Assembly: GCA_017398695.1 (NCBI GenBank)
Contig: JAFQFG010000193.1
Location: 2,542-66,541, forward strand
DNA length: 64,000 bases
Direction: 5' to 3'
Source: Alistipes sp.
GTDB lineage: Bacteria > Bacteroidota > Bacteroidia > Bacteroidales > Rikenellaceae
Position numbers and translations under genes: made by a program. Positions 1 to 10,069 of this stretch are shown in pieces. A model generated the notes under the pieces. It was not told the origin of the DNA. It was given only the letters and a program-made list of their open reading frames with translations, and searched no databases. Each line of letters opens with the position of its first letter. Within the stretch, counting starts at the first letter, position 1.

Positions 1-623
1 ACGGCTCGCGTCACCCGGATCGTCGTATCCCTGCTCCACATAGAGTTCACGTTGCGAAGGATGTCTATAAGGATATCCGCGCCATCTCGTGCGAGGGTGG
101 AAATATTGTCCCCACACTCCGCGAGTACCTCGTGCAGACCAAGAAGTACCCCGGTACGAAGTTGGTCATCGAGATTAAGAACCACAAAGAGGATACCCCC
201 GAACGTCAGAAGTTCTTCACAAAGAAGATTGTCGAAATGGTTGCCGAGTTCGGTTTGGAGAATCAGGTCGACTATATCGCCTTCTCGAAGGTCGTGTGTG
301 ATGAATTGGTGAAACTCGCACCGAAGAACGAGATCGCATATCTTAATGGAGAGCTTACTCCGGCAGAGTGCAAGCAGCGTGGCTATACGGGTATTGACTA
401 CTCGATCAAGGTGCTGCGTGCTCATCCCGAGTGGGTTAAGCAGGCTCATGATTTGGGAATGAAGGTTAACGTGTGGACGGTGAACAAGACCGAGGATATC
501 CAATACTTTATCGACCTCGGTGTGGACTTCATCACCACCGATAACCCGCTCGAGACCATTGAACTTATCAATAAAAGCCAGAAAGGCAATAAGTGCAAGA
601 GGGCTAAAAAGGCAAGAAAATAG
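1..623 (+). CDS. Glycerophosphodiester phosphodiesterase (GDPD family), 5'-truncated by window edge
   Basis: Frame is open from the window start; PTLREYL, IEIK, VWTVN and GVDFITTD motifs. Confidence 0.85.
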   Translation, partial: GSRHPDRRIPAPHRVHVAKDVYKDIRAISCEGGNIVPTLREYLVQTKKYPGTKLVIEIKNHKEDTPERQKFFTKKIVEMVAEFGLENQVDYIAFSKVVCDELVKLAPKNEIAYLNGELTPAECKQRGYTGIDYSIKVLRAHPEWVKQAHDLGMKVNVWTVNKTEDIQYFIDLGVDFITTDNPLETIELINKSQKGNKCKRAKKARK

Positions 624-658
624 AGGCTAACGAACAATAAATAAAACCTAAACGAACT

Positions 659-1795
659 ATGGAAATGAGAGAAAAAGTATCTGCAAAATTCGAAGAGATT
701 TTTGGCGAAGGCGCGGTGATGTATGCTTCACCCGGACGTATTAACCTTATCGGTGAGCACACCGACTATAACGGAGGATTCGTATTCCCCGGTGCAGTTG
801 ATAAGGGTATTGTTGCCGCTATCAAGCTCAACGGTACAGACAAGGTACGTGCATACGCTATCGATCTTGACAGCCACTCGGAATTCGGTCTGAATGAGGA
901 GGATAAGCCGGCTGAGAGTTGGGCTCACTACATCTTCGGTGTGTGTCGTGAGATGCAGAAGCGCGGTGTGAAGGTTGGAGGTTTCGATACAACCTTCTCG
1001 GGAAATGTACCCCTCGGTGCCGGTATGTCGTCGTCGGCTGCATTGGAGAGTACGTTTGCGTTTGCTCTGAACGAACTCTTCGATGGCGGAATCGACAAGT
1101 TTGAATTGGCTCGCGTTGGTCAGTCGACCGAGCATAACTACTGCGGCGTAAAGTGCGGTATCATGGATCAATTTGCATCGGTATTCGGCAAGGCGGGTAA
1201 CCTTATGCGCCTCGACTGCCGCTCGATGGAGTTTGAGTATTTCCCCTTCAATCCTCAGGGATATAAGCTTGTTCTGCTCGACTCGGTTGTGAAGCACGAG
1301 CTTGTAGGCTCGCCCTATAACGATCGTCGTGAGTCGTGTGAGAGAGTAGCGAAGGTGCTCGGTCAGGAGTTCCTGCGCGGTGCTACCATGGAGCAACTCG
1401 ATGCTGTGAAGGATCAAATTTCGGAGGAGGACTACCGTCGTGCCCGCTATGTGATAGGTGAGGAGCGCCGTGTGCTGGATGTTTGCGAGGCACTCGAGAA
1501 GGGTGACTACGAGACTGTTGGTGCACGTATGTTCGAGACTCACTGGGGCATGTCGAAGGACTATGAGGTGAGCTGCGAGGAGCTCGACTTCCTGGCAACT
1601 GTGGCTGAGGAGTGTGGCGTAACAGGTTCGCGCATTATGGGTGGCGGCTTCGGAGGTTGCACTATCAACCTTGTGAAGGATGAGCTTTACGATGCGTTTA
1701 TTGCCGAGGCTAAGAAACGTTTCTGTGAGAAGTACGGTCATGAGCCGAAGGTTTACCCCGTAGTTATCTCGGATGGCTCGCGCCGACTCGAGTAG
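659..1795 (+). CDS. galK: Galactokinase
   Basis: PGRINLIGEHTDYNGG, GAGMSSSAA and GSRIMGGGFGGC GHMP kinase motifs. Confidence 0.95.
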   Translation: MEMREKVSAKFEEIFGEGAVMYASPGRINLIGEHTDYNGGFVFPGAVDKGIVAAIKLNGTDKVRAYAIDLDSHSEFGLNEEDKPAESWAHYIFGVCREMQKRGVKVGGFDTTFSGNVPLGAGMSSSAALESTFAFALNELFDGGIDKFELARVGQSTEHNYCGVKCGIMDQFASVFGKAGNLMRLDCRSMEFEYFPFNPQGYKLVLLDSVVKHELVGSPYNDRRESCERVAKVLGQEFLRGATMEQLDAVKDQISEEDYRRARYVIGEERRVLDVCEALEKGDYETVGARMFETHWGMSKDYEVSCEELDFLATVAEECGVTGSRIMGGGFGGCTINLVKDELYDAFIAEAKKRFCEKYGHEPKVYPVVISDGSRRLE

Positions 1796-1837
1796 TGATG
1801 CTCGGCAATTAGAGCTTTTGGCCTAATAGGCAAACAG

Positions 1838-1870
1838 AAGAGTGCTGCTCGAAGATGGAACAGCACTCTT
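1838..1870. terminator. Hairpin between convergent galK and rsmG, probable intrinsic terminator
   Basis: AAGAGTGCTG...CAGCACTCTT 10-bp inverted repeat followed by an AT-rich tail. Confidence 0.7.
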
Positions 1871-1918
1871 ATTATTTGTGCGGGGGTTGCTTGTAGGGGT
1901 AGAGCCCCCATACTCAAC

Positions 1919-2542
1919 TTATTTTGCGGTGTAAACCACCTTTTTGGTCTCGAAGAACTCCTCCTCGAAGAGTTGTGAGATGTCGTAGAGAGTCCACCTC
2001 TTGCGAGTCAGTGCCAACTCCTCGGCCAGATCTCCGCCCTTGAGATAGAGTATGCCATTGGGCAGCGTTCCGCGTTGTCCATGTTCGATTTTGTTCCACA
2101 TCCAACCGACGAAACGACTCATCTCGGTTACGGCTCGCGACACAACATAGTCATACCGGCGGTCGAGCTGCTCGACGCGCATGTTGAGTGCCTCGATATT
2201 GCGGATGCCGGCACCCTCGGCAACACCTTTGACCACGGTAATCTTCTTGGCTATCGAGTCGACTGCCGTAAAGTGCACTTCGGGGAACATTATCGCCAGC
2301 GGAATGCTCGGGAAGCCACCTCCGCAGCCGACATCCAAGACTCGGGCTCCGGCCTCGAATTGGCAAACCTTGGCAATGGCGAGGGAGTGGAGTATGTGGC
2401 GTAGGTAGAGCTGGTCGAAGTCCTTGCGCGATACGACATTAATTTTCGAATTCCAGTCGGCATACAACTCTCCGAGTGCGGTAAATTGACCTACCTGCTC
2501 GGGTGTGAGCTCGGGGAAATATTTTGTGATTAATTCTACCAT
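1919..2542 (-). CDS. rsmG: 16S rRNA m7G527 methyltransferase RsmG/GidB
   Basis: WNSKINVVSR, HILHSL, LDVGCGGGFP, VSRAV, YLKGG; start placed at ATG 2542. Confidence 0.93.
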   Translation of the reverse strand: MVELITKYFPELTPEQVGQFTALGELYADWNSKINVVSRKDFDQLYLRHILHSLAIAKVCQFEAGARVLDVGCGGGFPSIPLAIMFPEVHFTAVDSIAKKITVVKGVAEGAGIRNIEALNMRVEQLDRRYDYVVSRAVTEMSRFVGWMWNKIEHGQRGTLPNGILYLKGGDLAEELALTRKRWTLYDISQLFEEEFFETKKVVYTAK

Positions 2543-2640
2543 ATTTTGAGGCAGTTTATGACGGTTTATGGTTTTTATCCCGTTTCGCAAAAAATATCTT
2601 AATTTTCAGTTTTCAGTTTTCAACTGTCAATTATCAATTA

Positions 2641-3207
2641 TCATCGGTTCTCTCCCTCGGAGATTAGTCGGCACATGCGCTCGCGAGCCCTGTGAATTTG
2701 GGTCTTGACCGTACCCATCGGCAGATGCAATTTTTCGGCAATCTCCTCGTAGGAGTACTCATCCAGAAAGCGCAGTTTGAAGAGGGTGTTGTACTGTTCG
2801 GGCAGCTGCTCGAGGTAGTGCTCTATCTGGTTGCGTTGCTGCGAGTTGATGATGCTCTCCTCGGGTGTCGGAGAGGTCGCTGCCGGTGACGAGAAACGCT
2901 CATCTATCGGCAGATCGCTGCGCGTTTTGCGTGTAAAGTCGATGAGGGTGTTGCGGGCGATGGTGTAGACCCACTGCCCGAAGGTGTAGCCGCAGTCATA
3001 TCGGTCGATGTTGAGGTAGACCTTGATGAAGGTCTCCTGCAACAGGTCATCGGCATCATCTGCCGAGCCTCCGAGTCGTTGCACGAAGAGGCGATGGATG
3101 GCATCACGGTAGCGGTTGAACAGATGCTCAAAGGCGGCATCATCTCCGTTAAGTACAAGCCCTACCAACGCCTGGTCATCGGCTACGATATAGTCATCTA
3201 TCTCCAT
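2641..3207 (-). CDS. ECF-type RNA polymerase sigma-70 factor
   Basis: Region 2 (DADDLLQETFIKVY, WVYTIARN) and region 4 HTH (SYEEIAEKLHLPMGTVKTQIHRAR). Confidence 0.9.
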   Translation of the reverse strand: MEIDDYIVADDQALVGLVLNGDDAAFEHLFNRYRDAIHRLFVQRLGGSADDADDLLQETFIKVYLNIDRYDCGYTFGQWVYTIARNTLIDFTRKTRSDLPIDERFSSPAATSPTPEESIINSQQRNQIEHYLEQLPEQYNTLFKLRFLDEYSYEEIAEKLHLPMGTVKTQIHRARERMCRLISEGENR

Positions 3208-4361
3208 GCCGAAGGGTCTTTTTGGAGCGTTATTGAACCGATGAAGAGCGATAGTAGCGGTCCGAAGAGGTCGTGCAGCGGGTAGGCTGCAACGATACCC
3301 TGTTCACCGAGTCGCTTGCCGGTGCGATGGATGGTTGTGGCAACAATCGCATAGCGCAAAAGCAGAAGAGCTCCTGCAGCAATTTTGTATTCGAGCGGCA
3401 TCACAGCGAGAGCCGTACCGACTGTTGCAAAGAACAGCAGGCGGCTGCCACGCTCCCAATGTCCGAATGTGCGGGCATCCGTGGGGTAGAAGCGATGTGT
3501 CGAGCCGAAATATCGTTTCTGTGAGAGCCACCAACGCCATCCTCCCCAACATTTCTCGCTGACCATGGCGCGTGGTGACAGCACGATGCTGACATTGTCG
3601 CGGGTCATGATTTGTTGCATGAAGAGGTCGTCCTCGCCCGTGTTCATATTGAGATTGCCGAAGCCGTTAACGCTAAAGTAGAGGCTCTTGGTAAAGCCGA
3701 GGTTGTTGCGGTCGCCACGATAGGGATGTCGACGTATGGCAGACGACAACCACTCCATTGCGCTTGTCAGTCGCTCGACCCGCATGATGTAGTTGGCGAT
3801 ACCTTTTGTGCGCTCATATCCACAGTAGCCGATGACGATATCTCCTCGTGTGAAGCCCTTGGCCATCAGAGCCAACCAGCGTGTCGATCGGGGCTCGGCA
3901 TCGGGTGTGGTAAGGATTATATGCTCATGCTGTGCCGCCTTAATTCCGACATTGATAGCCATCTTGGGCGATATCGGGAAGCGGCTCTTTGCCTCGATTT
4001 TGGTGGTGCGCAGGTTGGGGTAGTAGAGCCTCATGCGCGACAGATCCTCATAGAAATCATTGTCACTGCCGACATAGACCACCACAACCTCGTATGGCGA
4101 ATACTCCTGCGAGAGCAGTTGCAACAATCCCGACTCGAGGTAGGCACTGTTTTCGTTATAGAGTGTGACGATGACCGAGATTTCGGGAGTGTTGCTCTCG
4201 ATGCGACGTGGGCGGCGATCATTGCGGTATTTTGCTATGCGGGCATAGGCAATGGCGTAGTAGTAGACCTGTATCCCCAGCAGCGCGAGTATTGCTGCCG
4301 CCAAGGCTACACCCTGCCAGCCGTAGTGCTCTACGAAGAAATTCCAATATTGCTCTATCAT
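3198..4361 (-). CDS. Family 2 glycosyltransferase, membrane-bound
   Basis: N-terminal TM, ISVIV..N, GEDDL, QKRY (QxxRW-like) motif, C-terminal TMs. Confidence 0.8.
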   Translation of the reverse strand: MIEQYWNFFVEHYGWQGVALAAAILALLGIQVYYYAIAYARIAKYRNDRRPRRIESNTPEISVIVTLYNENSAYLESGLLQLLSQEYSPYEVVVVYVGSDNDFYEDLSRMRLYYPNLRTTKIEAKSRFPISPKMAINVGIKAAQHEHIILTTPDAEPRSTRWLALMAKGFTRGDIVIGYCGYERTKGIANYIMRVERLTSAMEWLSSAIRRHPYRGDRNNLGFTKSLYFSVNGFGNLNMNTGEDDLFMQQIMTRDNVSIVLSPRAMVSEKCWGGWRWWLSQKRYFGSTHRFYPTDARTFGHWERGSRLLFFATVGTALAVMPLEYKIAAGALLLLRYAIVATTIHRTGKRLGEQGIVAAYPLHDLFGPLLSLFIGSITLQKDPSAWR

Positions 4362-4394
4362 CTTTTGTTTTTCGAGCCTTTATGCCCAACCGCA

Positions 4395-4402
4395 CAAAGA
4401 TA
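4395..4402 (-). promoter_or_regulatory. Bacteroidota -7 promoter element for the GT2-sigma-rsmG unit
   Basis: TATCTTTG on the minus strand matches TAnnTTTG, 34 nt upstream of the GT2 start. Confidence 0.6.
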
Positions 4403-4406
4403 CGAA

Positions 4407-4440
4407 ACAATTCACAATTCACAATTCACAATTCACAATT
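4407..4440 (+). repeat. Heptamer tandem repeat (ACAATTC) x4.9
   Basis: Direct reading; degenerate inverted copies GTGAATTGCGAATTGTGAAT at 4561-4580. Confidence 0.9.
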
Positions 4441-4475
4441 ATTTTCCCTTGACGACTACAAATAAATTCACAGCT

Positions 4476-4572
4476 GACGATGCAGAGTGAGGGCAGGGGT
4501 TGCTTCCAGGCTATGCCGAGCCGCGAGAAGGAAAAAGAGTTTTCATAAAAACTCTTAAATGTGAATTGCGAA
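4476..4572 (+). repeat. Dispersed intergenic repeat, family A, copy 1
   Basis: Aligns with 23799-23896; shares a TGCTT.CAG.CTAT.CC core and the AAGAGTTTT..ATAAAAACTCTT hairpin. Confidence 0.75.
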
Positions 4573-4587
4573 TTGTGAATAATTTTG

Positions 4588-4595
4588 TACTTTTG
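4588..4595 (+). promoter_or_regulatory. Bacteroidota -7 promoter element for the tgt operon
   Basis: TACTTTTG 17 nt upstream of the tgt ATG. Confidence 0.6.
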
Positions 4596-4612
4596 TACGT
4601 TTTAGTGATAGT

Positions 4613-5743
4613 ATGAAGTTCGAACTGCAATATAAAGACCCTGCATCTGCTGCCCGAGCGGGTGAAATAACGACCGATCACGGCGTAATTCAGACCCCGA
4701 TTTTTATGCCGGTGGGCACAGCTGCTGCAATGAAGGGTATCTTCCATCGTGATGTGCGAGATGAGGCTCGTGCACAGATAATCTTGGCTAATACCTACCA
4801 CCTCTACCTCCGCCCCGGTATGGATATTATCGAGCAGGCGGGCGGTGTGCACCGCTTCTCGACATGGGATGGGCCGATGCTGACCGATAGTGGTGGTTTC
4901 CAGGTCTTTTCGCTTGCCGAGTGCCGTAAACTCAAGGAGGAGGGATGCCACTTCCGTTCGCATATCGACGGCTCGAAACATCTGTTCACGCCCGAGAGCG
5001 TGATGGATACCGAGCGCACCATCGGTGCCGACATTATGATGGCCTTCGATGAGTGTCCCCCGGGAGATGCCCCGCGTGAGTATGCAGCCAAGTCGTTGGC
5101 GCTGACCGAGCGTTGGCTGGAGCGCTGCTTCAATCGCTATCATCAAACATCGCCCAAATATGGGCACTATCAGTCGCTCTTCCCGATTGTGCAGGGGTGT
5201 TGCTATCCCGATCTGCGTGCCAAGGCGGCGGAGAATGTGTTGCAGTACGATGCTGACGGCTATGCCATTGGCGGATTGGCGGTTGGAGAGCCTACGGATG
5301 TGATGTATGAGATGATTGAGGTCGTGAATGCAGTCCTGCCTACGGATAAACCACGCTACTTGATGGGCGTCGGCACACCGGCGAATATTCTGGAGGGTAT
5401 AGCTCGCGGAGTCGATATGTTCGACTGCGTGATGCCCACACGCAATGGTCGCAACGGACAACTCTTCACGATGGAGGGAACGATAAATATCCGCAACAAG
5501 AAGTGGGAGAACGACTTTTCGCCCATCGACCCCGAGGGTACGGCATTTGTCGATACGCTCTACTCGAAGGCCTATCTCCACCATCTGGTTGTCTGTGGCG
5601 AGATGCTGGCTGCGCAGATTGCTTCGCTGCACAATATTGCATTCTACCTGCGCTTGGTAGGCGAGGCGCGTAAGCACATTATTGCCGGTGACTTTGCTGC
5701 ATGGAAGGAGCAGACCGTCGTAAAACTTGCTAAACGATTGTAG
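4613..5743 (+). CDS. tgt: tRNA-guanine transglycosylase
   Basis: TPIFMPVGT, NTYHL, LTDSGGFQ, DMFDCVMPTR motifs. Confidence 0.96.
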   Translation: MKFELQYKDPASAARAGEITTDHGVIQTPIFMPVGTAAAMKGIFHRDVRDEARAQIILANTYHLYLRPGMDIIEQAGGVHRFSTWDGPMLTDSGGFQVFSLAECRKLKEEGCHFRSHIDGSKHLFTPESVMDTERTIGADIMMAFDECPPGDAPREYAAKSLALTERWLERCFNRYHQTSPKYGHYQSLFPIVQGCCYPDLRAKAAENVLQYDADGYAIGGLAVGEPTDVMYEMIEVVNAVLPTDKPRYLMGVGTPANILEGIARGVDMFDCVMPTRNGRNGQLFTMEGTINIRNKKWENDFSPIDPEGTAFVDTLYSKAYLHHLVVCGEMLAAQIASLHNIAFYLRLVGEARKHIIAGDFAAWKEQTVVKLAKRL

Positions 5744-5746
5744 TCT

Positions 5747-6850
5747 ATGAAGCTAAAATTTCCGGGATTTAAGATTCTCGACCGATATATTCTCGGTAAG
5801 TTTCTGGGAACATATATGTTTGCTATCGCGATGATTATCATCGTGGTGGTGATCTTCGACTACGTGGAGAAGATTGACGACTTTACCGAGTTACATGCCC
5901 CGTTCAAGGCGATAGTTTTTGACTACTACCTTAACTTTATCCCCTTCTTTATCAATCAATTCAGTGGTCTGTTTACCTTTATTGCCGTAATCTTCTTCAC
6001 CTCGAAGATGGCCTACCAGACCGAGATTGTGGCGATGCTGTCGGGCGGTATGAGTTTCCGCCGATTGATGTGGCCCTACTTCCTGGGAGCAACAGCCATT
6101 GCGGGCTTGTCGATGGTTTTGAGTCTGTGGATTATCCCCGTGTCACAACGTGCGTGTGTCGATTTTGAGAGCCAGTATCTGCGACGCCGTCAGAATTTCC
6201 AGTACGACAGACATATCTATCGCCAGATAGAGCCCGGGCAGTTTGCCTATATACGCAACTTCTCGAAACGTTCGCAGCAGGCATCGTTCTTTGCTCTCGA
6301 GCAGTATGAAGATGGGTCGATGGTGGCGATGCTCGAAGCTTCGGAGGTGAAATTCAACGAGGAGACCAAGCGCTGGTCGGCTCCGCGATATACCATTCGC
6401 ACCTTCGACTCGTTGCGTCGTGAGACCTTCACACAGTATCGCAACCTCGATACGCTCATCAACCTCGAAGTGGCAGAGATGGGTCGTATCAATGAGTTGG
6501 TCAAGACGATGCAGATTGACGAGCTGCGGGAGTTTATGGATCAGCAACGTGCCAAGGGCTCCGATTCGATACGTCTTATCGAGGTGGAGCATCATGCCCG
6601 CTTTGCCTACCCGATATCGGCATTTATTCTGACCCTTATCGGAGTGTCGCTCTCGTCGCGCAAGGTGCGAGGCGGTACGGGATTGCACATCGGTGTGGGA
6701 ATCACGTTGTGCTTCGGATATATCCTCTTCAACCGCTTCTTTGAGGAGTTTGCCAAGAGTGGTTCGCTGCCTCCGGGATTGGCGGTGTGGCTGCCAAACA
6801 TAATCTTCCTGTGCATCGGCATTTACCTCTACAATAAGGCCCCGAAATAA
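5747..6850 (+). CDS. LptF/LptG family LPS export permease
   Basis: KILDRYI start, TEIVAMLSGGMS, 3+3 TM layout, WLPNIIF. Confidence 0.88.
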   Translation: MKLKFPGFKILDRYILGKFLGTYMFAIAMIIIVVVIFDYVEKIDDFTELHAPFKAIVFDYYLNFIPFFINQFSGLFTFIAVIFFTSKMAYQTEIVAMLSGGMSFRRLMWPYFLGATAIAGLSMVLSLWIIPVSQRACVDFESQYLRRRQNFQYDRHIYRQIEPGQFAYIRNFSKRSQQASFFALEQYEDGSMVAMLEASEVKFNEETKRWSAPRYTIRTFDSLRRETFTQYRNLDTLINLEVAEMGRINELVKTMQIDELREFMDQQRAKGSDSIRLIEVEHHARFAYPISAFILTLIGVSLSSRKVRGGTGLHIGVGITLCFGYILFNRFFEEFAKSGSLPPGLAVWLPNIIFLCIGIYLYNKAPK

Positions 6851-7929
6851 TGGCAATGGTGGAACAAATAGCTGCAAAGGTGCGTGCCGCAGAGAGAATC
6901 TCGGGCCAGGAGGCTCTTGTGCTGTGGCGCGAGGCTCCGTTGTGGATGCTCGGAGAGTTGGCCACGGCTGCAAAGTGCAGGGTGAGTGGCGATAAGGTCT
7001 TCTATAACCGCAACTTTCATCTTGAGCCCACGAATCTCTGTCTCTTCAACTGCAAGTTCTGCTCATACCGTCGTCCGAAGGGGAGCCCCGAGGCGTGGGA
7101 CTACACCATGGAGCAGATGGAGCAGATCGTGCGTGATAGGGCAGAGAGTGGGGCTACCGAGATCCATATTGTGGGTGGAGTTCACCCCGATCACGACATC
7201 TACTACTATGCCGAGCTTATTCGCCGAGTGAAGAGTATAATGCCGCGCGTTGCGGTCAAAGCATTCACGGCTGTCGAGCTTGCCTATATGATTCGTCGGG
7301 CCGGCCTGACGACCGAGGAGGGTTTGCGCCTGCTCATTGAGGCGGGTATGGAGGCAATTCCGGGTGGCGGTGCCGAGATTTTTGACGAGGAGTTGCGTGC
7401 AAAGATATGTCCCGAGAAGGGTTCGACGGCTGAGTGGTTCGAGGTGCACGATGTGGCGCATCGACTGGGTCTTAAGACCAATGCGACTATCCTGTATGGG
7501 CATATCGAGTCTTTGGAGCATCGCGTGGATCACCTGCTGCGATTGCGTGAGCAACAAGACCTTACGGGCGGATTTAATGCCTTCATTCCTCTGAAGTATC
7601 GCAACTTCGGCAACTCGATGAGCGAGATTGGAGAGGTGTCGATAGTCGAGGATTTGAAGATGCTGGCCATGAGTCGCATAGTGCTCGACAATGTACCCCA
7701 CATCAAGGCCTATTGGGTGATGTATGGCAAGCAGACTACCGAGCTCGCGCTGTCGTTTGGTGCGGATGATATTGACGGTACAATCGAGGACTCGACCAAG
7801 ATTTACTCTATGGCCGGAGCTACGGATCAGCGACCTGTGATGACCATTGCCGAGATTGAACGCATAGCCTCTTCGGCAGGATTGCGGGCTGTGGAGCGCG
7901 ATACGTTCTATAACGAAATTGTAAAATAG
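6850..7929 (+). CDS. mqnE: CofH/MqnE family radical SAM protein, probably aminofutalosine synthase
   Basis: CLFNCKFC (CxxxCxxC), EIHIVGG, PGGGAEIF, HIKAYW, GADDIDGT. Confidence 0.78.
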   Translation: MAMVEQIAAKVRAAERISGQEALVLWREAPLWMLGELATAAKCRVSGDKVFYNRNFHLEPTNLCLFNCKFCSYRRPKGSPEAWDYTMEQMEQIVRDRAESGATEIHIVGGVHPDHDIYYYAELIRRVKSIMPRVAVKAFTAVELAYMIRRAGLTTEEGLRLLIEAGMEAIPGGGAEIFDEELRAKICPEKGSTAEWFEVHDVAHRLGLKTNATILYGHIESLEHRVDHLLRLREQQDLTGGFNAFIPLKYRNFGNSMSEIGEVSIVEDLKMLAMSRIVLDNVPHIKAYWVMYGKQTTELALSFGADDIDGTIEDSTKIYSMAGATDQRPVMTIAEIERIASSAGLRAVERDTFYNEIVK

Positions 7930-7952
7930 CAAATATTCAAGCGATAGACAGG

Positions 7953-8915
7953 ATGAAAAACAAGAAAAAAGCAAACGGTTTCTGGCAAGGACTCAAGCAG
8001 TATCCGCTGCTCTACAATATGACGCTTATCGTGCTGATTGTATTGGGTGTTGTGCTGGTTTCGGCCATCGCGATGCACTTCGGCACTCGTCACGGCTCAC
8101 ATCGTACAGTGCCCGATTTTTCGGGTGTGCAACTTGCTGATGCCGAGAAAGCTGCGGCTAAGCGAGGTTTGCAGATAATCGTCAACGATTCGCTCTTTGT
8201 GCCGGCCTACGAAGGAGGCATGGTTCTCGATCAACTGCCGAAGGGTGGGGCACAGGTCAAGGCCGGACGTAAGGTCTATGTGACCATCAACTCGTTGCGC
8301 CAAAAGATGGTGAAGATTCCATACGTGGCAGGGCGTTCGTTGCGTCAGGCGAAGAATATGCTTGAGATTGCAGGCCTTGAGATTGAGCGTTTGGAGTATG
8401 TGGATGATATAGCTACGAACTACGTGCTTGAGGCCTACTACGATGGTGTGCAGCTATTGCCCGAGAGTACGATGGAGGCCGAGATGGGTTCGGGCGTGGT
8501 ACTGAAGGTCGGTGTTCAGGGCGGTAGTGCCAAGGCCGAGATGCCTAAACTTATAGGGCTGTCGTTGCAGCGTGCCAAAAGCCGATTGTGGGAGATGGGC
8601 TTTAATGTGGGCAAGGTGGTCTACGATGATGATGTGGATATGCTCGACAAAAAGAGTGCGAAGGTCTACTATCAATCTGTCGACCAGGCCCGTGAGTCGG
8701 AGTTGGGTAGTAAGGTGCGATTGAAGCTGACTCTCGATGCCGAGAAGGTCGAGAGGATGAGTATCGAGTCGGATACCTTGGCAAAGAATATCATTGCGGC
8801 TCGATTGGAGGCCGAGCGTGTGGCCGATTCGTTGCGCAACACAGAGAATAATCCTCAGTCGGAGCCGGCAACGGAGGTGCAGCAACCCGAAAATATTGAA
8901 GACTTCTTTATGTAA
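7953..8915 (+). CDS. PASTA domain-containing membrane protein
   Basis: N-terminal TM followed by three VPD/IPY/MPK-G..L..A repeats. Confidence 0.85.
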   Translation: MKNKKKANGFWQGLKQYPLLYNMTLIVLIVLGVVLVSAIAMHFGTRHGSHRTVPDFSGVQLADAEKAAAKRGLQIIVNDSLFVPAYEGGMVLDQLPKGGAQVKAGRKVYVTINSLRQKMVKIPYVAGRSLRQAKNMLEIAGLEIERLEYVDDIATNYVLEAYYDGVQLLPESTMEAEMGSGVVLKVGVQGGSAKAEMPKLIGLSLQRAKSRLWEMGFNVGKVVYDDDVDMLDKKSAKVYYQSVDQARESELGSKVRLKLTLDAEKVERMSIESDTLAKNIIAARLEAERVADSLRNTENNPQSEPATEVQQPENIEDFFM

Positions 8916-10024
8916 TGGAACAGTTGCAGGAGTATATAAACATAAATGACGATTGGAACGAAGCTGATGAGCTCGAGCTTGCCGAAGGTGGTGAGGAGGG
9001 CGCGTCGGAGGGCGCGGAACGCTACGAACACTTCTCGATAACGGTCGATAAGGGGCAGTCGATGCTGCGATTGGATAAGTATCTTACGATTCACATGGAG
9101 AAGTGCTCGCGTAGCCGTATTCAAGCGGCTGCCGATGCCGGCAATATCTTGGTCAACGGAGTGTCGGTCAAGTCGAGCTACAAGATAAAGCCTTTCGACC
9201 AGATCTCGTTGATGATGCCCTACCCCAAGCGTGAGGTTGAGATTATCCCCGAGGATATACCGCTCGACATTCTCTATGAGGATGACGACGTTATCGTTGT
9301 CAACAAGGCGGCCGGAATGTGTGTCCATCCGGGATGTGGCAACTACAGCGGAACGCTCGTCAATGCGCTGACCTACCATTTGCGCGACCTGCCTCTCTTC
9401 CAGAAAGGCGATATGCGTGCCGGATTGGTGCACCGTATCGACAAGGATACTTCGGGCATCTTGGTCGTGACCAAGAATGAGCGTGCCGGAGCACATCTGG
9501 GTAAGCAATTCTATGAGCATACCACCGTGCGACGCTATGTGGCGTTGGTGTGGGGTAACTTCGAGGAGGACGAGGGTACGATTACGGGCCACATAGGTCG
9601 TAGTCCGAAGGATAGATTGCAGATGTATGTCTTTGCCGATGGCTCGGAGGGTAAGCACGCTGTGACGCATTATCGCGTACTCAAGCGCTTCGGCTATGTG
9701 ACACTGATCGAGTGCCGACTCGAGACGGGCCGCACCCACCAGATCAGAGTGCACATGCAGTGGCAGGGCCACCCGCTCTTCAATGATGCCCGCTACGGAG
9801 GAGATAGGATTTTGAAGGGGACGACCTTCTCGAAATATAAGCAGTTTGTCGAGAATTGCTTTGCTTTGATTCCGCGTCAGGCTTTGCATGCACAGTGCCT
9901 CGGTTTTATCCATCCCACAACGGGCAAGGAGATGTTCTTCGAGTCGCCTCTGCCCGAGGATTTCCGTGCGGTAATCGAAAAATGGGAGAATTATGCAGCC
10001 CATGCGGCAAGTATGGCAGAGTAA
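8915..10024 (+). CDS. rluD: RluA/RluD family pseudouridine synthase
   Basis: S4 domain RLDKYL, HRIDKDTSG, LETGRTHQIRVH. Confidence 0.9.
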   Translation: MEQLQEYININDDWNEADELELAEGGEEGASEGAERYEHFSITVDKGQSMLRLDKYLTIHMEKCSRSRIQAAADAGNILVNGVSVKSSYKIKPFDQISLMMPYPKREVEIIPEDIPLDILYEDDDVIVVNKAAGMCVHPGCGNYSGTLVNALTYHLRDLPLFQKGDMRAGLVHRIDKDTSGILVVTKNERAGAHLGKQFYEHTTVRRYVALVWGNFEEDEGTITGHIGRSPKDRLQMYVFADGSEGKHAVTHYRVLKRFGYVTLIECRLETGRTHQIRVHMQWQGHPLFNDARYGGDRILKGTTFSKYKQFVENCFALIPRQALHAQCLGFIHPTTGKEMFFESPLPEDFRAVIEKWENYAAHAASMAE

Positions 10025-10069
10025 TGGGATGTATAGTGCAGTATAAAGAATTGTAAATACAGATTAGAT

